Assembly: GCA_963785835.1 (NCBI GenBank)
Contig: CAWAWO010000002.1
Coordinates: 140,464-204,463, forward strand
Reading direction: 5' to 3'
Origin: an uncultured Actinomycetes bacterium
GTDB taxonomy: Bacteria > Actinomycetota > UBA4738 > HRBIN12
DNA length: 64,000 nt
This document shows positions 36,889 through 47,076 of this stretch, piece by piece. The notes beneath the pieces were generated by a model. It did no database searches. It was given only the letters and a program-made list of their open reading frames with translations, and had not been told where the DNA came from. The stretch's first letter is position 1. Each line of letters starts with the position of its first letter. A program made the translations under genes and the position numbers.

Positions 36889-38214
36889 ATGAGCACACGT
36901 GCGCGTGGTCGGGCACTCGGCGCCCTCGCCGCCGCTGTGGCTCTTTCGACGTTCTCGGGGGTGGCGATCCCGCACGCCCAGGAGCTCGAGAACGAGACGG
37001 TCCGGTCCGTCGCGAGTGAGGGGCTTCCGCGCACGTCTCCGTGGATGGAGCTGGCCGCGCCGGCGGGTTTCCGGGACATCGGTCCGCTGGTCGGGCTCCA
37101 TCGAGAGACGCTCAGCTTCTCCATCGTCGTGCGCGACATGAACGTCGACGGGTGGCCCGATCTGTTCATCGGTCGCCATAGCTGGGCGGCCGTCCTGTTC
37201 CTCAACGAGATCGAGGGAGGCGAGCCCGTGAGGTTCGTGCGCGCGGCGGCGCTCCGGGACGAGATCCATCGCCGCAACGACCGGCACGGGTGCACGGCCG
37301 CAGACGTGGACCTGGACGGCCTTGAAGACATCTACTGCGCGAAGGGAGCGCGGAAGGGCACCGCGAGGAAGTGGAACGAGCTCTGGATGCAGAACCCGGA
37401 CGGAACGTTCACCGATCGCGCCTTCGCCTACCGGGTGCAGGACGTCTGGGGTCGGGGCCGCTTCCCGGTCTTCTTGGACCTCAACCACGATCGGTGGCCC
37501 GATCTGTTCGTCGGCAATCAGATCCCACGCCGGGACCGTCATCCGACGCCCAACCGGACGTTCGTGAACCGGGGCGGGGAGCGGTTCGTCGAGGTCAGGA
37601 TCGGGGTCACGCGAGAGATCGGGAACACGTGCAGCGTCGTCGCGGACGACAACCGCAACGGATGGGAGGACCTGCTGGTCTGCGGCTCTGACCGGTTGTT
37701 CCTGTTCCGAGCTCGCCCGACAGGCTTCCGGAACGTGACCGAGGAGGTGGGACTGCCGGACGTTCGAGCGACCGCCGCCCGGTTCGCTCACCTCACCGGC
37801 GATCGGCGGCTCGACCTCGTGTTCACGACCGAACGAGGTCTGCAGGTGCGGCTCCAGCGCCCCGACCACACGTACGGGCCACCGATCTTCGAGCTGCGGC
37901 TCAGACACGGGCACGGCCTCGCCGTCGGGGATCCGGACGGCGACGGTGACACGGACGTCTACGTCGTCGAGGGATGCGTGGGCGGCCGGAACATGCCGGA
38001 CTGGCTCCTGCTCAACGGACCGGGTCCTTCCGCCTTCGAGCCACGACGCGTGGCTGCGGTGCGGGAGGGATGCGGTGACACGGCCGAGGCGATCGACTTC
38101 GACGGCGATGGGAAAGACGAGTTCGTCGTGCTGAACGGAGGCGGACCCGAACAGGCCCTTCCGCGAGGCCCCGAGCAGCTCCTGACGCTGGGGTCCTGGG
38201 GGATCGCGGAGTAG
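36889..38214 (+). CDS. secreted FG-GAP/VCBS-repeat beta-propeller protein
   Basis: Signal peptide (ALGALAAAVALSTFSGVAIPHA) and seven recurrences of a D-x-[DN]-x-D-G-x-x-D-type blade motif (DMNVDGWPD, DVDLDGLED, DLNHDRWPD, DDNRNGWED, GDRRLD, DPDGDGDTD, DFDGDGKDE). Confidence 0.8.
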   Translation: MSTRARGRALGALAAAVALSTFSGVAIPHAQELENETVRSVASEGLPRTSPWMELAAPAGFRDIGPLVGLHRETLSFSIVVRDMNVDGWPDLFIGRHSWAAVLFLNEIEGGEPVRFVRAAALRDEIHRRNDRHGCTAADVDLDGLEDIYCAKGARKGTARKWNELWMQNPDGTFTDRAFAYRVQDVWGRGRFPVFLDLNHDRWPDLFVGNQIPRRDRHPTPNRTFVNRGGERFVEVRIGVTREIGNTCSVVADDNRNGWEDLLVCGSDRLFLFRARPTGFRNVTEEVGLPDVRATAARFAHLTGDRRLDLVFTTERGLQVRLQRPDHTYGPPIFELRLRHGHGLAVGDPDGDGDTDVYVVEGCVGGRNMPDWLLLNGPGPSAFEPRRVAAVREGCGDTAEAIDFDGDGKDEFVVLNGGGPEQALPRGPEQLLTLGSWGIAE

Positions 38215-38265
38215 CCTCCAGGCACGCTCCCCTCGCGAAGTTGTCAGGGCCCATAGGATTCGCCG

Positions 38266-39580
38266 GATGAGCATCCTCGCCCGCGGTCGAGCGCTCGGCG
38301 CCCTTAGCGCGCGTGGCCCTGTCGGCGCTCTCGCAGGTGGCGCCTGCGCACGCCGAGGAGCCTGAGGAGGAGCGGGTCCGGCCCATCGTGATCCATGGAC
38401 GGGTGCGCACGTATCCATGGATGGAGCGGGCCGCGCCGGCGGGGCTCAGGGACCTCGGTCCGCTGGTCGGTCTCCATCGAGAGGTGCCCAGCTACACGAT
38501 CTTCGTGCGCGACATGAACGTCGACGGGTGGCCGGACGTGTTCGTCGGCCGCCACGGCTGGGCGGCCGTCCTGTACCTGAACAAGGTGGTGGGAGGCGAG
38601 TCGGTTGGGCTCGAGCGCGTGTTCCCGTTCAGCCGAGGGGGCGACCGGCACGGGTGCGCCGCCGCCGACGTGGACCTCGACGGCCTGGACGACATCTACT
38701 GCGCCAAGGGGGCGCACCTGGGAACCGCGAGGAAGCGGAACGAGCTGTGGATGCAGAACCCGGATGGAACGTTCACCGATCGCGCCTCCGAGTACGGTGT
38801 CTTGGACGTCTGGGGCCGGGGCCGCTTCCCGGTCTTCCTGGACCTCGACCACGATCCGTGGCCCGATCTGTTCGTCGGCAACGAGACTCCCCGCCAGGAC
38901 CGTCATCCGACGCCGAACCGGACGTACGTGAACCGGGACGGGGAGCGGTTCGTCGAGGCCAGGATCGGGGCCACCCGTGAGATCGGGAACCTCTGCAGCA
39001 TCGCCGCGGACGACAACCGCAACGGATGGGACGACCTGTTGATCTGCGGCCTGAACCGGATGTTCCTGTTCCGAGGTCAGCCGGACGGGGTTCCGGGACA
39101 TGACCGAGGAGGTCGGGCTGCCCGACGTTCGAGCGACCGCCGCCCGGTTCGCGCATCTCGACGGCGACGGGCGGCTCGACCTCGTGTTCACGACCGTGAA
39201 AGGTCTGCAGGTGCGGCTCCAGCGCCCCGACCACACCTACGGACCGCCGGTCCTGAGGCGGCCGCTCAGGCACGGGCACGGCCTGGCCGTCGGGGATCCC
39301 GACGGCGACGGCGACTCGGACGTCTACGTCGTCGAGGGATGCGTGGGCGGGAGGAACATGCCGGACTGGCTCCTGCTCAACGAACCGGGTCGTCGCGCCT
39401 TCGAGCCGCAGAGCGGTGGCTCCGGTGCCGAGCGGGTGTGGTGACACCGCGGAGGCGCTCGACTTCGACGGCGACGGCATGGACGAGTTCTTCGTGCTGA
39501 ACGGGAGCGGAACGTATCAGGGCCAGGTCCGAGGCCCCGAGCAGCTCTTGACACTGGGCTCCTGGGGGATCGCGGAGTAG
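38266..39580 (+). pseudogene. tandem paralog of the FG-GAP protein, three frame disruptions
   Basis: Colinear with 36889..38214 but spread over three frames. The signal peptide starts at ATG 38266, with switches near 38300-38312, at G-run 39087-39090, and within 39403-39444 (in-frame TGA at 39442). The final segment ends in the same GPEQLLTLGSWGIAE. Confidence 0.75.
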
Positions 39581-39598
39581 CTTCCCGGAGCCGTTGAA

Positions 39599-40864
39599 GT
39601 GTCGGAGCTCGGCCGAGCTCTCCGGGTAGCCTCCCGTGTGCTCATGGGGACGACATGGTGGTCGCGTTCCGGGCTCGAGGTCCGGCAGGGACGGCTGCAC
39701 ATCGCCGGACGCGATGCCGAGGCCCTCGCGCGGGAGCACGGCACGCCGGTGTTCGTGTACGACCTGGTCCGCATCGAAGAGCAGGCGCGATCGCTGGTGG
39801 AGGCGTTCGAGCGCGTCGAGGCTCCATTCCGGCTCCGGTTGGCGCTGAAGGCCCAGCGAGATCCCCGGGTGCTCTCGTTCGTCCGTGAGCTCGGGTTCGT
39901 CGGCCTGGACGTGTGCTCACCGGGTGAGCTGCGCCACGCGCTCGAGCACCGCTGGTCGCCGGAGGAGATCAGCTTCACGGGGACGAACCTGTCCGACCGC
40001 GATCTGGACGAGATCCTTCCCACCGGCGTGCACGTGAACGTGGACCTGTTGTCCCAGCTCGATCGGTACGGCCGGCGGGCGCCCGGAACGGCCGTGGGGA
40101 TCCGCGTGAACCCGCGAGCGGGAGCCGCTTCCCGGCCGGGACGAGCCGAGCTCTACACGGGAGGTGCCCGGCCATCGAAGTTCGGGATCCTCGATGAGCA
40201 GCTCGACGAAGCGCTCGAGATCGCCCGACGGCACGATCTCAGGCTGGACGTGGTCCACCTCCACGTCGGCCGAGGCTTCCTCACCGACGCGCTGCCCGAG
40301 CTCGAGCTCGCGGTCGAGCGCGCCGCCGGGATCGCCCGACGCCTCGTGGACGCTGGGCATCCGATCGTCGAGGTGAACACCGGAGGCGGTCTCGGCGTGC
40401 CATACGACGCCGACTCGCAGCCGCTGGACGTCGACGCCTTCGCCAAGGTCCTCGTCCGGCAGCTCGGACCGCTCGGTGTGACGATCGCCTGCGAGCCCGG
40501 CGATTTCCTCGTCAAGGAGATGGGCGTGTTGCTCGCCGAGGTGGTGAGCCTCGACGAGCGCGAAGGGCACGCGATCGTCGGGGTCGACGCCGGGTTCAAC
40601 GTCGCGCCCGAGCACTTCATCTACGACGAACCAACCCCGGTGGTTCTGTGCCGGGCCGCGGACGCGCCGAGCGAGCGTTCGGTCACGGTGGCCGGCAACA
40701 TCAACGAGGGCGACGACCTGTGGGTGCAGGACCAACCGCTCCCCGAATTCCGCGAGGGCGACGTCGTAGCGATCCTGCGGATGGGGGCCTACGACCAGGC
40801 GATGCACATCGATCACTGCCTGCGTCCGCCGGCGGGCGTGGTCGCGTTCGCCGAACGGGTTTGA
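39599..40864 (+). CDS. PLP-dependent Orn/DAP/Arg decarboxylase family 2 protein (diaminopimelate decarboxylase-like)
   Basis: GTPVFVYD, LALKAQ (PLP Lys), HLHVG, NTGGGLG and EPGDFLV motifs. The start is uncertain. Confidence 0.8.
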   Translation: MSELGRALRVASRVLMGTTWWSRSGLEVRQGRLHIAGRDAEALAREHGTPVFVYDLVRIEEQARSLVEAFERVEAPFRLRLALKAQRDPRVLSFVRELGFVGLDVCSPGELRHALEHRWSPEEISFTGTNLSDRDLDEILPTGVHVNVDLLSQLDRYGRRAPGTAVGIRVNPRAGAASRPGRAELYTGGARPSKFGILDEQLDEALEIARRHDLRLDVVHLHVGRGFLTDALPELELAVERAAGIARRLVDAGHPIVEVNTGGGLGVPYDADSQPLDVDAFAKVLVRQLGPLGVTIACEPGDFLVKEMGVLLAEVVSLDEREGHAIVGVDAGFNVAPEHFIYDEPTPVVLCRAADAPSERSVTVAGNINEGDDLWVQDQPLPEFREGDVVAILRMGAYDQAMHIDHCLRPPAGVVAFAERV

Positions 40865-40871
40865 GTCGGGC

Positions 40872-41300
40872 TCAGGACGGTTGCAGGAACATCCAGCGGT
40901 GGCCCTCGACGTCTTCCGCCACGTAGAGGCGCCCGAACGGCTCGTCCTCGATCTCGCGGAGGATCGTGGCGTCCGCATCTCGTGCGGACTCGAGGTGCCG
41001 GTCCACGTCATCCACGTATACGAGGACGCCGTCCACGACGAACGGGGTCTCCGCGACCGCGTGCTCGACCTCGCACGTCTCGGCGTGGCGCTTCGGTCCG
41101 CGGTACGCGGGCCCCGGCCAGCCGAGCATCACGAGCGCGCCGCCGAGCTCGAGCTCGGCGTGCGTCACGCGGCCCTCCTCGTCGGTGAAGCGCTCGCCCC
41201 GTTCGCGGAAGCCGAACGCGCGCACCAGCCACTCGGCAGCGGCGCCCACGTCCTCGTACGACAGCAACGGAACCGCACGCTGCGTGACGTCGACGCTCAT
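40872..41300 (-). CDS. VOC (glyoxalase/bleomycin-resistance fold) family protein
   Basis: 142 aa in the tail of ORF 40872..42314 (VPLLSYEDVGAAAEWL..HAELELGGALVML..YVAEDVEGHRWMF). The ATG overlaps the mmsA stop (ATGA). Confidence 0.8.
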   Translation of the reverse strand: MSVDVTQRAVPLLSYEDVGAAAEWLVRAFGFRERGERFTDEEGRVTHAELELGGALVMLGWPGPAYRGPKRHAETCEVEHAVAETPFVVDGVLVYVDDVDRHLESARDADATILREIEDEPFGRLYVAEDVEGHRWMFLQPS

Positions 41301-42790
41301 CGCGTGCGCGGGAAGCCGAGGTCGACGCGGCTGGTCGCCGGGTCCGGCCACCGTTGCGTGACGACCTTGCCGCGCGTGTAGAACCGGATGCCCTCCGGCC
41401 CGTACATGTGCGCGTCGCCGAACAGGGAGTGCTTCCATCCGCCGAACGAGTAGTACGAGACCGGCACCGGGATCGGGACGTTGATGCCGACCATCCCCGC
41501 CTCGACCTCGAAGATGAACTGCCGCGCCGCGCCTCCGTCGCGCGTGAACAGCGCCACGCCGTTGCCCCAGGGGTTGCGGTTGACCATGTCGACCGCCTGG
41601 TCGTAGGTCTCGACGCGCGTGACCGAGAGCACAGGCCCGAAGATCTCGTCCTTGTACGCGTCCATCTCGGGCGTGACGTCGTCGATCAGGGACGGGGCGA
41701 GGAAGAAGCCGTTGCTCTCCTTGTAGAGGGCGTGCTCGCGGCCGTCGGCGACGACGCGAGCGCCCTGTGCCGGGCCGCTGTCTAGGTACGAGGCCACCTT
41801 GTCCCGGTGCTCGCGCGTGATGAGCGGTCCCATCTCGGATTCGGGATCCATGCCCGGCCCGACCTTGATCTTCGGGATGCGGTCGGCGATCGCGTCGACC
41901 ACGGTGTCGGCGACCTTGCCGACGTTCGTGATCACCGAGACCGCCATGCACCGTTCGCCGGCCGAGCCGTAGCCCGCCGAGACCGAGGCGTCGGCCACCA
42001 TGTCCACGTCGGCGTCGGGCAGCACGATCATGTGGTTCTTCGCCCCGCCGAGCGCCTGCACGCGCTTCCCGTTCGCGGTGCCCGTCGTGTAGATGTAGCG
42101 CGCGATCGGGGTCGAGCCGACGAAGCTCACCGCGCGGATGTCGGGGTGCTCGAGGATGCCGTCGACAGCGACCTTGTCCCCCTGGATCACGTTGAACACG
42201 CCGTCGGGGAGCCCGGCCTCGGCGAACAGGTCGGCCAGGACGAGCGAGGCACCCGGGTCCTTCTCCGACGGTTTCAGGATGAACGTGTTCCCGCACGCCA
42301 TCGCGTTCGCGCACATCCAGATCGGGACCATCGCCGGGAAGTTGAACGGCGTGATGCCGGCGACGACGCCGAGAGGCTGTCGGATCTCGTACACGTCGAT
42401 GCCGGTCGAGGCCTGTTCGGAGAAGCCGCCCTTCAGCAGGTGCGGGATGGCGGTCGCGTACTCCACGTTCTCGAGCCCGCGCTGCACCTCACCGATCGCG
42501 TCCGAGAGCACCTTGCCGTGCTGCGCGGTGAGCACCTTCGCGACGTCGGTCTTGCGGGCCTCGAGCAGCTCGCGGATCGCGAACATGATCTCGGCGCGCT
42601 TGGACAGCGACGTCGCCCGCCACGACCCGAACGCCTCGCTCGCGGCTTCGACGGCCTTGTCGAGCTCGGCCCGATCGGCGAAGTCGACCTCATGCGTCTG
42701 TTCGCCGGTCGCGGGGTCGAACACGGGACCCCGGCGCCCCGACTCGCCCGGCACATGCTTGCCGCCGATGTAGTGACCGATGCGCTCCAT
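41297..42790 (-). CDS. mmsA: CoA-acylating methylmalonate-semialdehyde dehydrogenase
   Basis: 497 aa. IGHYIGGK N-terminus, FNFPAMVPIWM, catalytic GERCMA, and FGGWKHSLFGD, typical of MmsA rather than generic ALDH. Confidence 0.9.
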   Translation of the reverse strand: MERIGHYIGGKHVPGESGRRGPVFDPATGEQTHEVDFADRAELDKAVEAASEAFGSWRATSLSKRAEIMFAIRELLEARKTDVAKVLTAQHGKVLSDAIGEVQRGLENVEYATAIPHLLKGGFSEQASTGIDVYEIRQPLGVVAGITPFNFPAMVPIWMCANAMACGNTFILKPSEKDPGASLVLADLFAEAGLPDGVFNVIQGDKVAVDGILEHPDIRAVSFVGSTPIARYIYTTGTANGKRVQALGGAKNHMIVLPDADVDMVADASVSAGYGSAGERCMAVSVITNVGKVADTVVDAIADRIPKIKVGPGMDPESEMGPLITREHRDKVASYLDSGPAQGARVVADGREHALYKESNGFFLAPSLIDDVTPEMDAYKDEIFGPVLSVTRVETYDQAVDMVNRNPWGNGVALFTRDGGAARQFIFEVEAGMVGINVPIPVPVSYYSFGGWKHSLFGDAHMYGPEGIRFYTRGKVVTQRWPDPATSRVDLGFPRTR

Positions 42791-42887
42791 GAGGGGCTCC
42801 TTCCTGGGACCGCCGCGCCAAGTCGATGGTACTCGCCGGGGCTAGACTGCCGCTCTCGACCGAGCTCTCGACCGCGAGGGGGAACCG

Positions 42888-44204
42888 ATGAGCGAGCTTT
42901 CCGCCGAAGAGATCGTCGATCTGTGCCTGCGGCACACCCTCTACGACTGGCAGCAGCAGGGCTCGACCCGCCCGATCGCGGTCGCCTCCGCGAAGGGATG
43001 CGAGTTCTTCACGGTCGAGGGCAAGCGCTACCTCGACTTCAACAGCCAGCTGATGGGCGTGAACATCGGACACGGCGACGCACGAGTGGCCGACGCGATC
43101 GCCGAGCAGGCGCACACCCTCCCGTACATCAGCCCGTTCATGGCGACGGAGGTTCGAGCCTTGCTCGGACGCAAGCTCGCCGAACTCCTCCCCGGCGATC
43201 TCGACAAGGTCTTCTTCACGCTCGGTGGCGCCGAGGCGAACGAGAACGCGATCCGCATCGCGAAGGCCGTGACCAGCCGCCAGAAGATCCTCGCCCGCTA
43301 CCGCTCGTACCACGGCGCGACGTACGCGACGATCACGCTCACCGGCGACCCGCGGCGCTGGGCGAACGAACCCGGCATGCCCGGCGTCGTCCACGTGCTC
43401 GACCCGTACCACGGGACGCAGCGTGGGTTCGACGACGCGGAGACCGCGCTCGCATACCTCGAGGAAACGATCATGCTCGAGGGGCCCGAGACGATCGCCG
43501 CGTTCATCCTCGAGCCGGTCACGGGGACGAACGGCATCCTGATCCCGCCCGACGGCTACCTGCAGGGCGTCCGCGAACTGTGCGACCGCCACGGGATCTT
43601 GATGATCGCCGACGAGATCATGTCGGGGTTCGGGCGCACCGGCGAGTGGTTCGCGGTCAACCACTGGGGCGTCGTGCCGGACATCATCACGATGGCCAAG
43701 GGCCTGACGTCGTCGTACGTGCCGCTCGGCGCGGTCGGTCTGTCGCCGAAGGTCCACCGCTACTTCGACGACCACGTCTTCTACGGTGGGCTCACGTACA
43801 ACTCGCACCCGCTGACGCTCGCAGCAGCCCTCGCGACGATCCGGGTGTACGAGGAAGACGGTCTGATCGAGCACTCGCGCAAGATGGGCGACGTGATGGC
43901 CCGCCATCACCAGGAACTGTTGGACAAGCACCCATCGGTCGGGCTCGTCCGCAACATCGGACTGTTCGGCATCGTCGAGCTCGTCCGCAGCCGGAACACG
44001 ATGGAACCGCTGGCCCCGTACAACGGCGTGAGCGACGAGATGAAAGCGGTCGGAAAGCACCTGGACGAGCGCGGCCTGTTCACGATGGTCCGCTGGAACG
44101 GCATCATGACGAACCCGCCGCTCCCGATCACCGAGGAGCAGCTCGCCGAGGGCTTCGGGATCATCGACGAGGCGCTCGACGTCGCCGACCGCGCCGCCGG
44201 GTGA
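42888..44204 (+). CDS. class III (omega) aminotransferase, beta-alanine/taurine:pyruvate type
   Basis: 438 aa. GGAEANENA, ADEIMSGFGRTG and TMAKGLTS (PLP Lys). Divergent from mmsA. Confidence 0.88.
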   Translation: MSELSAEEIVDLCLRHTLYDWQQQGSTRPIAVASAKGCEFFTVEGKRYLDFNSQLMGVNIGHGDARVADAIAEQAHTLPYISPFMATEVRALLGRKLAELLPGDLDKVFFTLGGAEANENAIRIAKAVTSRQKILARYRSYHGATYATITLTGDPRRWANEPGMPGVVHVLDPYHGTQRGFDDAETALAYLEETIMLEGPETIAAFILEPVTGTNGILIPPDGYLQGVRELCDRHGILMIADEIMSGFGRTGEWFAVNHWGVVPDIITMAKGLTSSYVPLGAVGLSPKVHRYFDDHVFYGGLTYNSHPLTLAAALATIRVYEEDGLIEHSRKMGDVMARHHQELLDKHPSVGLVRNIGLFGIVELVRSRNTMEPLAPYNGVSDEMKAVGKHLDERGLFTMVRWNGIMTNPPLPITEEQLAEGFGIIDEALDVADRAAG

Positions 44205-44214
44205 CGCTGACCGT

Positions 44215-45129
44215 GTGAGCGAGCGCGTCGAGGTGAGGGTCGGGTTCATCGGGCTTGGCGTGATGGGCGCGCCGATGGCGCGGCATCTGCTCGGTGCGGG
44301 GTACCCGCTCACCGTGCACTCGCGTTCGGCGCCTCCGGTCGACGCGTTGGTGGAAGAGGGCGCGGCCCGCGCCTCGACCCCGTCCGAGGTAGCGGGAGCC
44401 TCGGACGTCGTGGTCACGATGGTTCCCGACACGCCCGACGTGGAGCTCGTGCTGTTCGGGGAGGGCGGGGTCGCAGAAGGAGCCACGTCCGGCTCCCTCG
44501 TGGTCGACATGAGCACGATCGACCCGCTCGCGACGCGCGAGTTCGCCGGACGGTTGGGAGAGCGCGGCGTCGCGATGCTCGACGCCCCGGTCTCCGGCGG
44601 GCAGGTCGGGGCGGAGGCCGGCACGCTCTCGATCATGGTCGGAGGTCCCGCGGACGCGTTCGAACGCGCGCGGCCGGTGTTCGAGGCGATGGGCTCGACG
44701 ATCGTGCACGTCGGTCCGTCCGGCGCGGGCCAGGTGGCCAAGGCCTGCAACCAGCTCGTGATCGCCTCGGCGGTCGAGGCGGTCGGGGAGGCGTTCGTCC
44801 TGGCCGCGAAGGCAGGTGTCGACCCCGCGAAGGTGCGCGAGGCGCTGCTCGGCGGGTTCGCCGGCTCGAAGGTGCTCGAGCTGCACGGGCAGCGGATGCT
44901 CGACGGTGCGTTCGAGCCCGGCTTCCGATCGGCGCTCATGGCCAAGGACGGGCGGATCGTGCTCGAGGCCGCGGAGCGGCTCGGGGCGCCGGTGCCGGGG
45001 TTCCGAGCGGTCGCCGAACACCTCGACGCGATGCTCCCCGCCGGCCGGGGCGAGCTCGACTACGCCGCGCTCGTCACGCTCCTCGAGGACGAGGCCGGCC
45101 TCTCGCTCCGCGAGCCGATCGAGACGTGA
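44215..45129 (+). CDS. NAD(P)-dependent beta-hydroxyacid dehydrogenase (MmsB/GarR family)
   Basis: VGFIGLGVMGAPMA Rossmann motif, DAPVSGG, and GAGQVAKACNQ. Confidence 0.85.
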   Translation: MSERVEVRVGFIGLGVMGAPMARHLLGAGYPLTVHSRSAPPVDALVEEGAARASTPSEVAGASDVVVTMVPDTPDVELVLFGEGGVAEGATSGSLVVDMSTIDPLATREFAGRLGERGVAMLDAPVSGGQVGAEAGTLSIMVGGPADAFERARPVFEAMGSTIVHVGPSGAGQVAKACNQLVIASAVEAVGEAFVLAAKAGVDPAKVREALLGGFAGSKVLELHGQRMLDGAFEPGFRSALMAKDGRIVLEAAERLGAPVPGFRAVAEHLDAMLPAGRGELDYAALVTLLEDEAGLSLREPIET

Positions 45130-45557
45130 AGCGCGAGCTGAACGTCGGCTTCGAGCTCGACGACGACCCGGCGCGGGTGGATCTCGACGCGGTCTGGGCG
45201 TTCCTGTCGACCGAGGCCTATTGGGGGCGCGATCGCACTCGCGACGACGTCGAACGCCAGGTGCGCGAAGCTGCTCGCGTCGTGGGCCTCTATCGCGATG
45301 GCCGTCAGGTCGGATTCGCGCGGGTGCATACCGACGGCCGGCTCGCGTACCTGGCCGACGTGTACGTGCTGCCGGAGCACCGCGGACACGGCCTCGGCGT
45401 CGAGCTCGTTCGGGCCACGGTCGAGGACGGTCCCCACCGGGACCTCCGATGGTTGCTGCACACGAACGACGCGCACGGTCTGTACGAGAAGTTCGGGTTC
45501 GGTCCGCCGAGCGACCTCGTGATGGAACGGCCGAACGACGCCCGGCGAAAGGAATAG
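45126..45557 (+). CDS. GNAT family N-acetyltransferase
   Basis: The GTG overlaps the upstream stop. Acetyl-CoA motif VLPEHRGHGLGVELV. Confidence 0.8.
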   Translation: MKRELNVGFELDDDPARVDLDAVWAFLSTEAYWGRDRTRDDVERQVREAARVVGLYRDGRQVGFARVHTDGRLAYLADVYVLPEHRGHGLGVELVRATVEDGPHRDLRWLLHTNDAHGLYEKFGFGPPSDLVMERPNDARRKE

Positions 45558-45585
45558 GACGTGCCGCCATCTCGTTGGTAGCCAC

Positions 45586-45609
45586 GTACGAGACGAAGCG
45601 GTCTCGTAC
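45586..45609. terminator. 9-bp stem hairpin between the GNAT and YceI genes
   Basis: GTACGAGAC-gaagcg-GTCTCGTAC, read directly. No T-tract, so its function is uncertain. Confidence 0.3.
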
Positions 45610-45631
45610 CCAGCCGGTTGAGGAGGAACGG

Positions 45632-46222
45632 ATGGACCAGCACACGACCGATGTACCCGCCGAGAGCACAACGCCCGCAGGATCCGGCTACCCGCCGGCC
45701 GGCACATGGACGTTCGATAAGGACCACACGAGGATCGGGTTCGTCGCCAGGCACATGCTCGCGAAGGTCCGGGGCCGGTTCTCGCAGTACGAGGGCAAGG
45801 TCGTGATCGCGGAGCGACCGGAGGACTCGTGGGTCGAGGTCCAGATCGAGGCGGCGAGCCTCTCGACCGACACCGACCGTCGGGACGACCACCTTCGCAG
45901 CGACGACTTCCTCGAGGTCGAGACCTACCCGCAGCTCACGTTCAAGAGCAAGGAGCTCCGGCCGACGGGTGAGACGACGTTCGACCTGGTCGGCGGCCTG
46001 ACGATCAAGGACATCACCCGCGAGGTCGTCCTGGCTTCGGAGTTCGGCGGGGTCGGTCCGACGATGGACGGGAGCGGGACCGTCGCGTTCTTCTCGGCCA
46101 CGACCGAGATCGACCGCGAGGCGTGGGACATGACCTGGAACGTGGCGGTGGAGACCGGTGGTTGGCTGGTCGGACGCAAGGTCCAGATCGAGATCGAGGC
46201 CGAGATCAACCTGCAGCAGTAG
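45632..46222 (+). CDS. YceI family protein
   Basis: ATG behind GAGGAGGAA. WTFDKDHTRIGFVARHM and DDHLRSDDFLEVETYPQLTF are typical YceI motifs. Confidence 0.85.
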   Translation: MDQHTTDVPAESTTPAGSGYPPAGTWTFDKDHTRIGFVARHMLAKVRGRFSQYEGKVVIAERPEDSWVEVQIEAASLSTDTDRRDDHLRSDDFLEVETYPQLTFKSKELRPTGETTFDLVGGLTIKDITREVVLASEFGGVGPTMDGSGTVAFFSATTEIDREAWDMTWNVAVETGGWLVGRKVQIEIEAEINLQQ

Positions 46223-46254
46223 AGCCCGGCTTCCGGCGCGCACGGTTCCCTAGG

Positions 46255-47076
46255 ATGACCCGCATGAGGGTCGCGCTGTGTCAGACCAACAGCGGCGAGG
46301 ATGTCTCGGCCAACGAGCGGCAGGTCTTCGAGCTGCTCGAGGAGGCTGCGGCAGGAGGCGCCGACCTCGCCGCCCTTCCCGAGGTCTGGCCGTGCCAGGG
46401 TTCGGCTGCGCAGGTCCGAGCGGCCGCCGAAGCGATCCCCGGCCCCCGGACCGACCGCCTGTCCGAGTTCGCCAAGCAGCACGAGATGTGGGTGCACGGC
46501 GGCAGCGTGCTCGAGCTCGACGATGACCGCGTCTTCAACACCAGCCTGCTGTTCGACCGCGACGGGGCGGCGGTCGCGTCCTACCGAAAGATCCACCTGT
46601 TCGACGCCGATCCGCCGGGCGGAGTCCCGAGTCGCGAATCCGCTGTGTTCGCGGCCGGAGATCAGGTGGTGACCGCCGAGACGGAGTTCGGACGGGCCGG
46701 CCTGTCGATCTGCTACGACCTTCGGTTCCCCGAGCTCTACCGGATGCTGGCCGCGAAGGGCGCGACGGTCCTGTTCGTCCCCTCGGCCTTCCGGTTCGAG
46801 ACCGGGGTCGACCACTGGGAGGTTCTGCTCCGCGCCCGCGCGATCGAGGATCAGGCCTTCGTGGTCGCGGCCGCCCAGTGGGGCACCTGGGGTCCTGAGG
46901 GGAAGCAACGACGCAACTTCGGCCACAGCCTCGTCGCCGACCCGTGGGGTCGGATCGTCGGGGAAGGTCGGGACGGGGTGGGTGTGACCTTCGCCGAGCT
47001 CGATCTGGCCGAGATCGCCAGGGTCCGCGAGATCCTGCCGTCGCTCCGCCATCGGCGTTTGAACCCGTCCTGCTGA
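46255..47076 (+). CDS. carbon-nitrogen hydrolase family protein (Nit-like)
   Basis: ALPEVW (Glu), YRKIHLF (Lys) and LSICYDLRFPE (Cys) form the catalytic triad pattern. Confidence 0.85.
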   Translation: MTRMRVALCQTNSGEDVSANERQVFELLEEAAAGGADLAALPEVWPCQGSAAQVRAAAEAIPGPRTDRLSEFAKQHEMWVHGGSVLELDDDRVFNTSLLFDRDGAAVASYRKIHLFDADPPGGVPSRESAVFAAGDQVVTAETEFGRAGLSICYDLRFPELYRMLAAKGATVLFVPSAFRFETGVDHWEVLLRARAIEDQAFVVAAAQWGTWGPEGKQRRNFGHSLVADPWGRIVGEGRDGVGVTFAELDLAEIARVREILPSLRHRRLNPSC

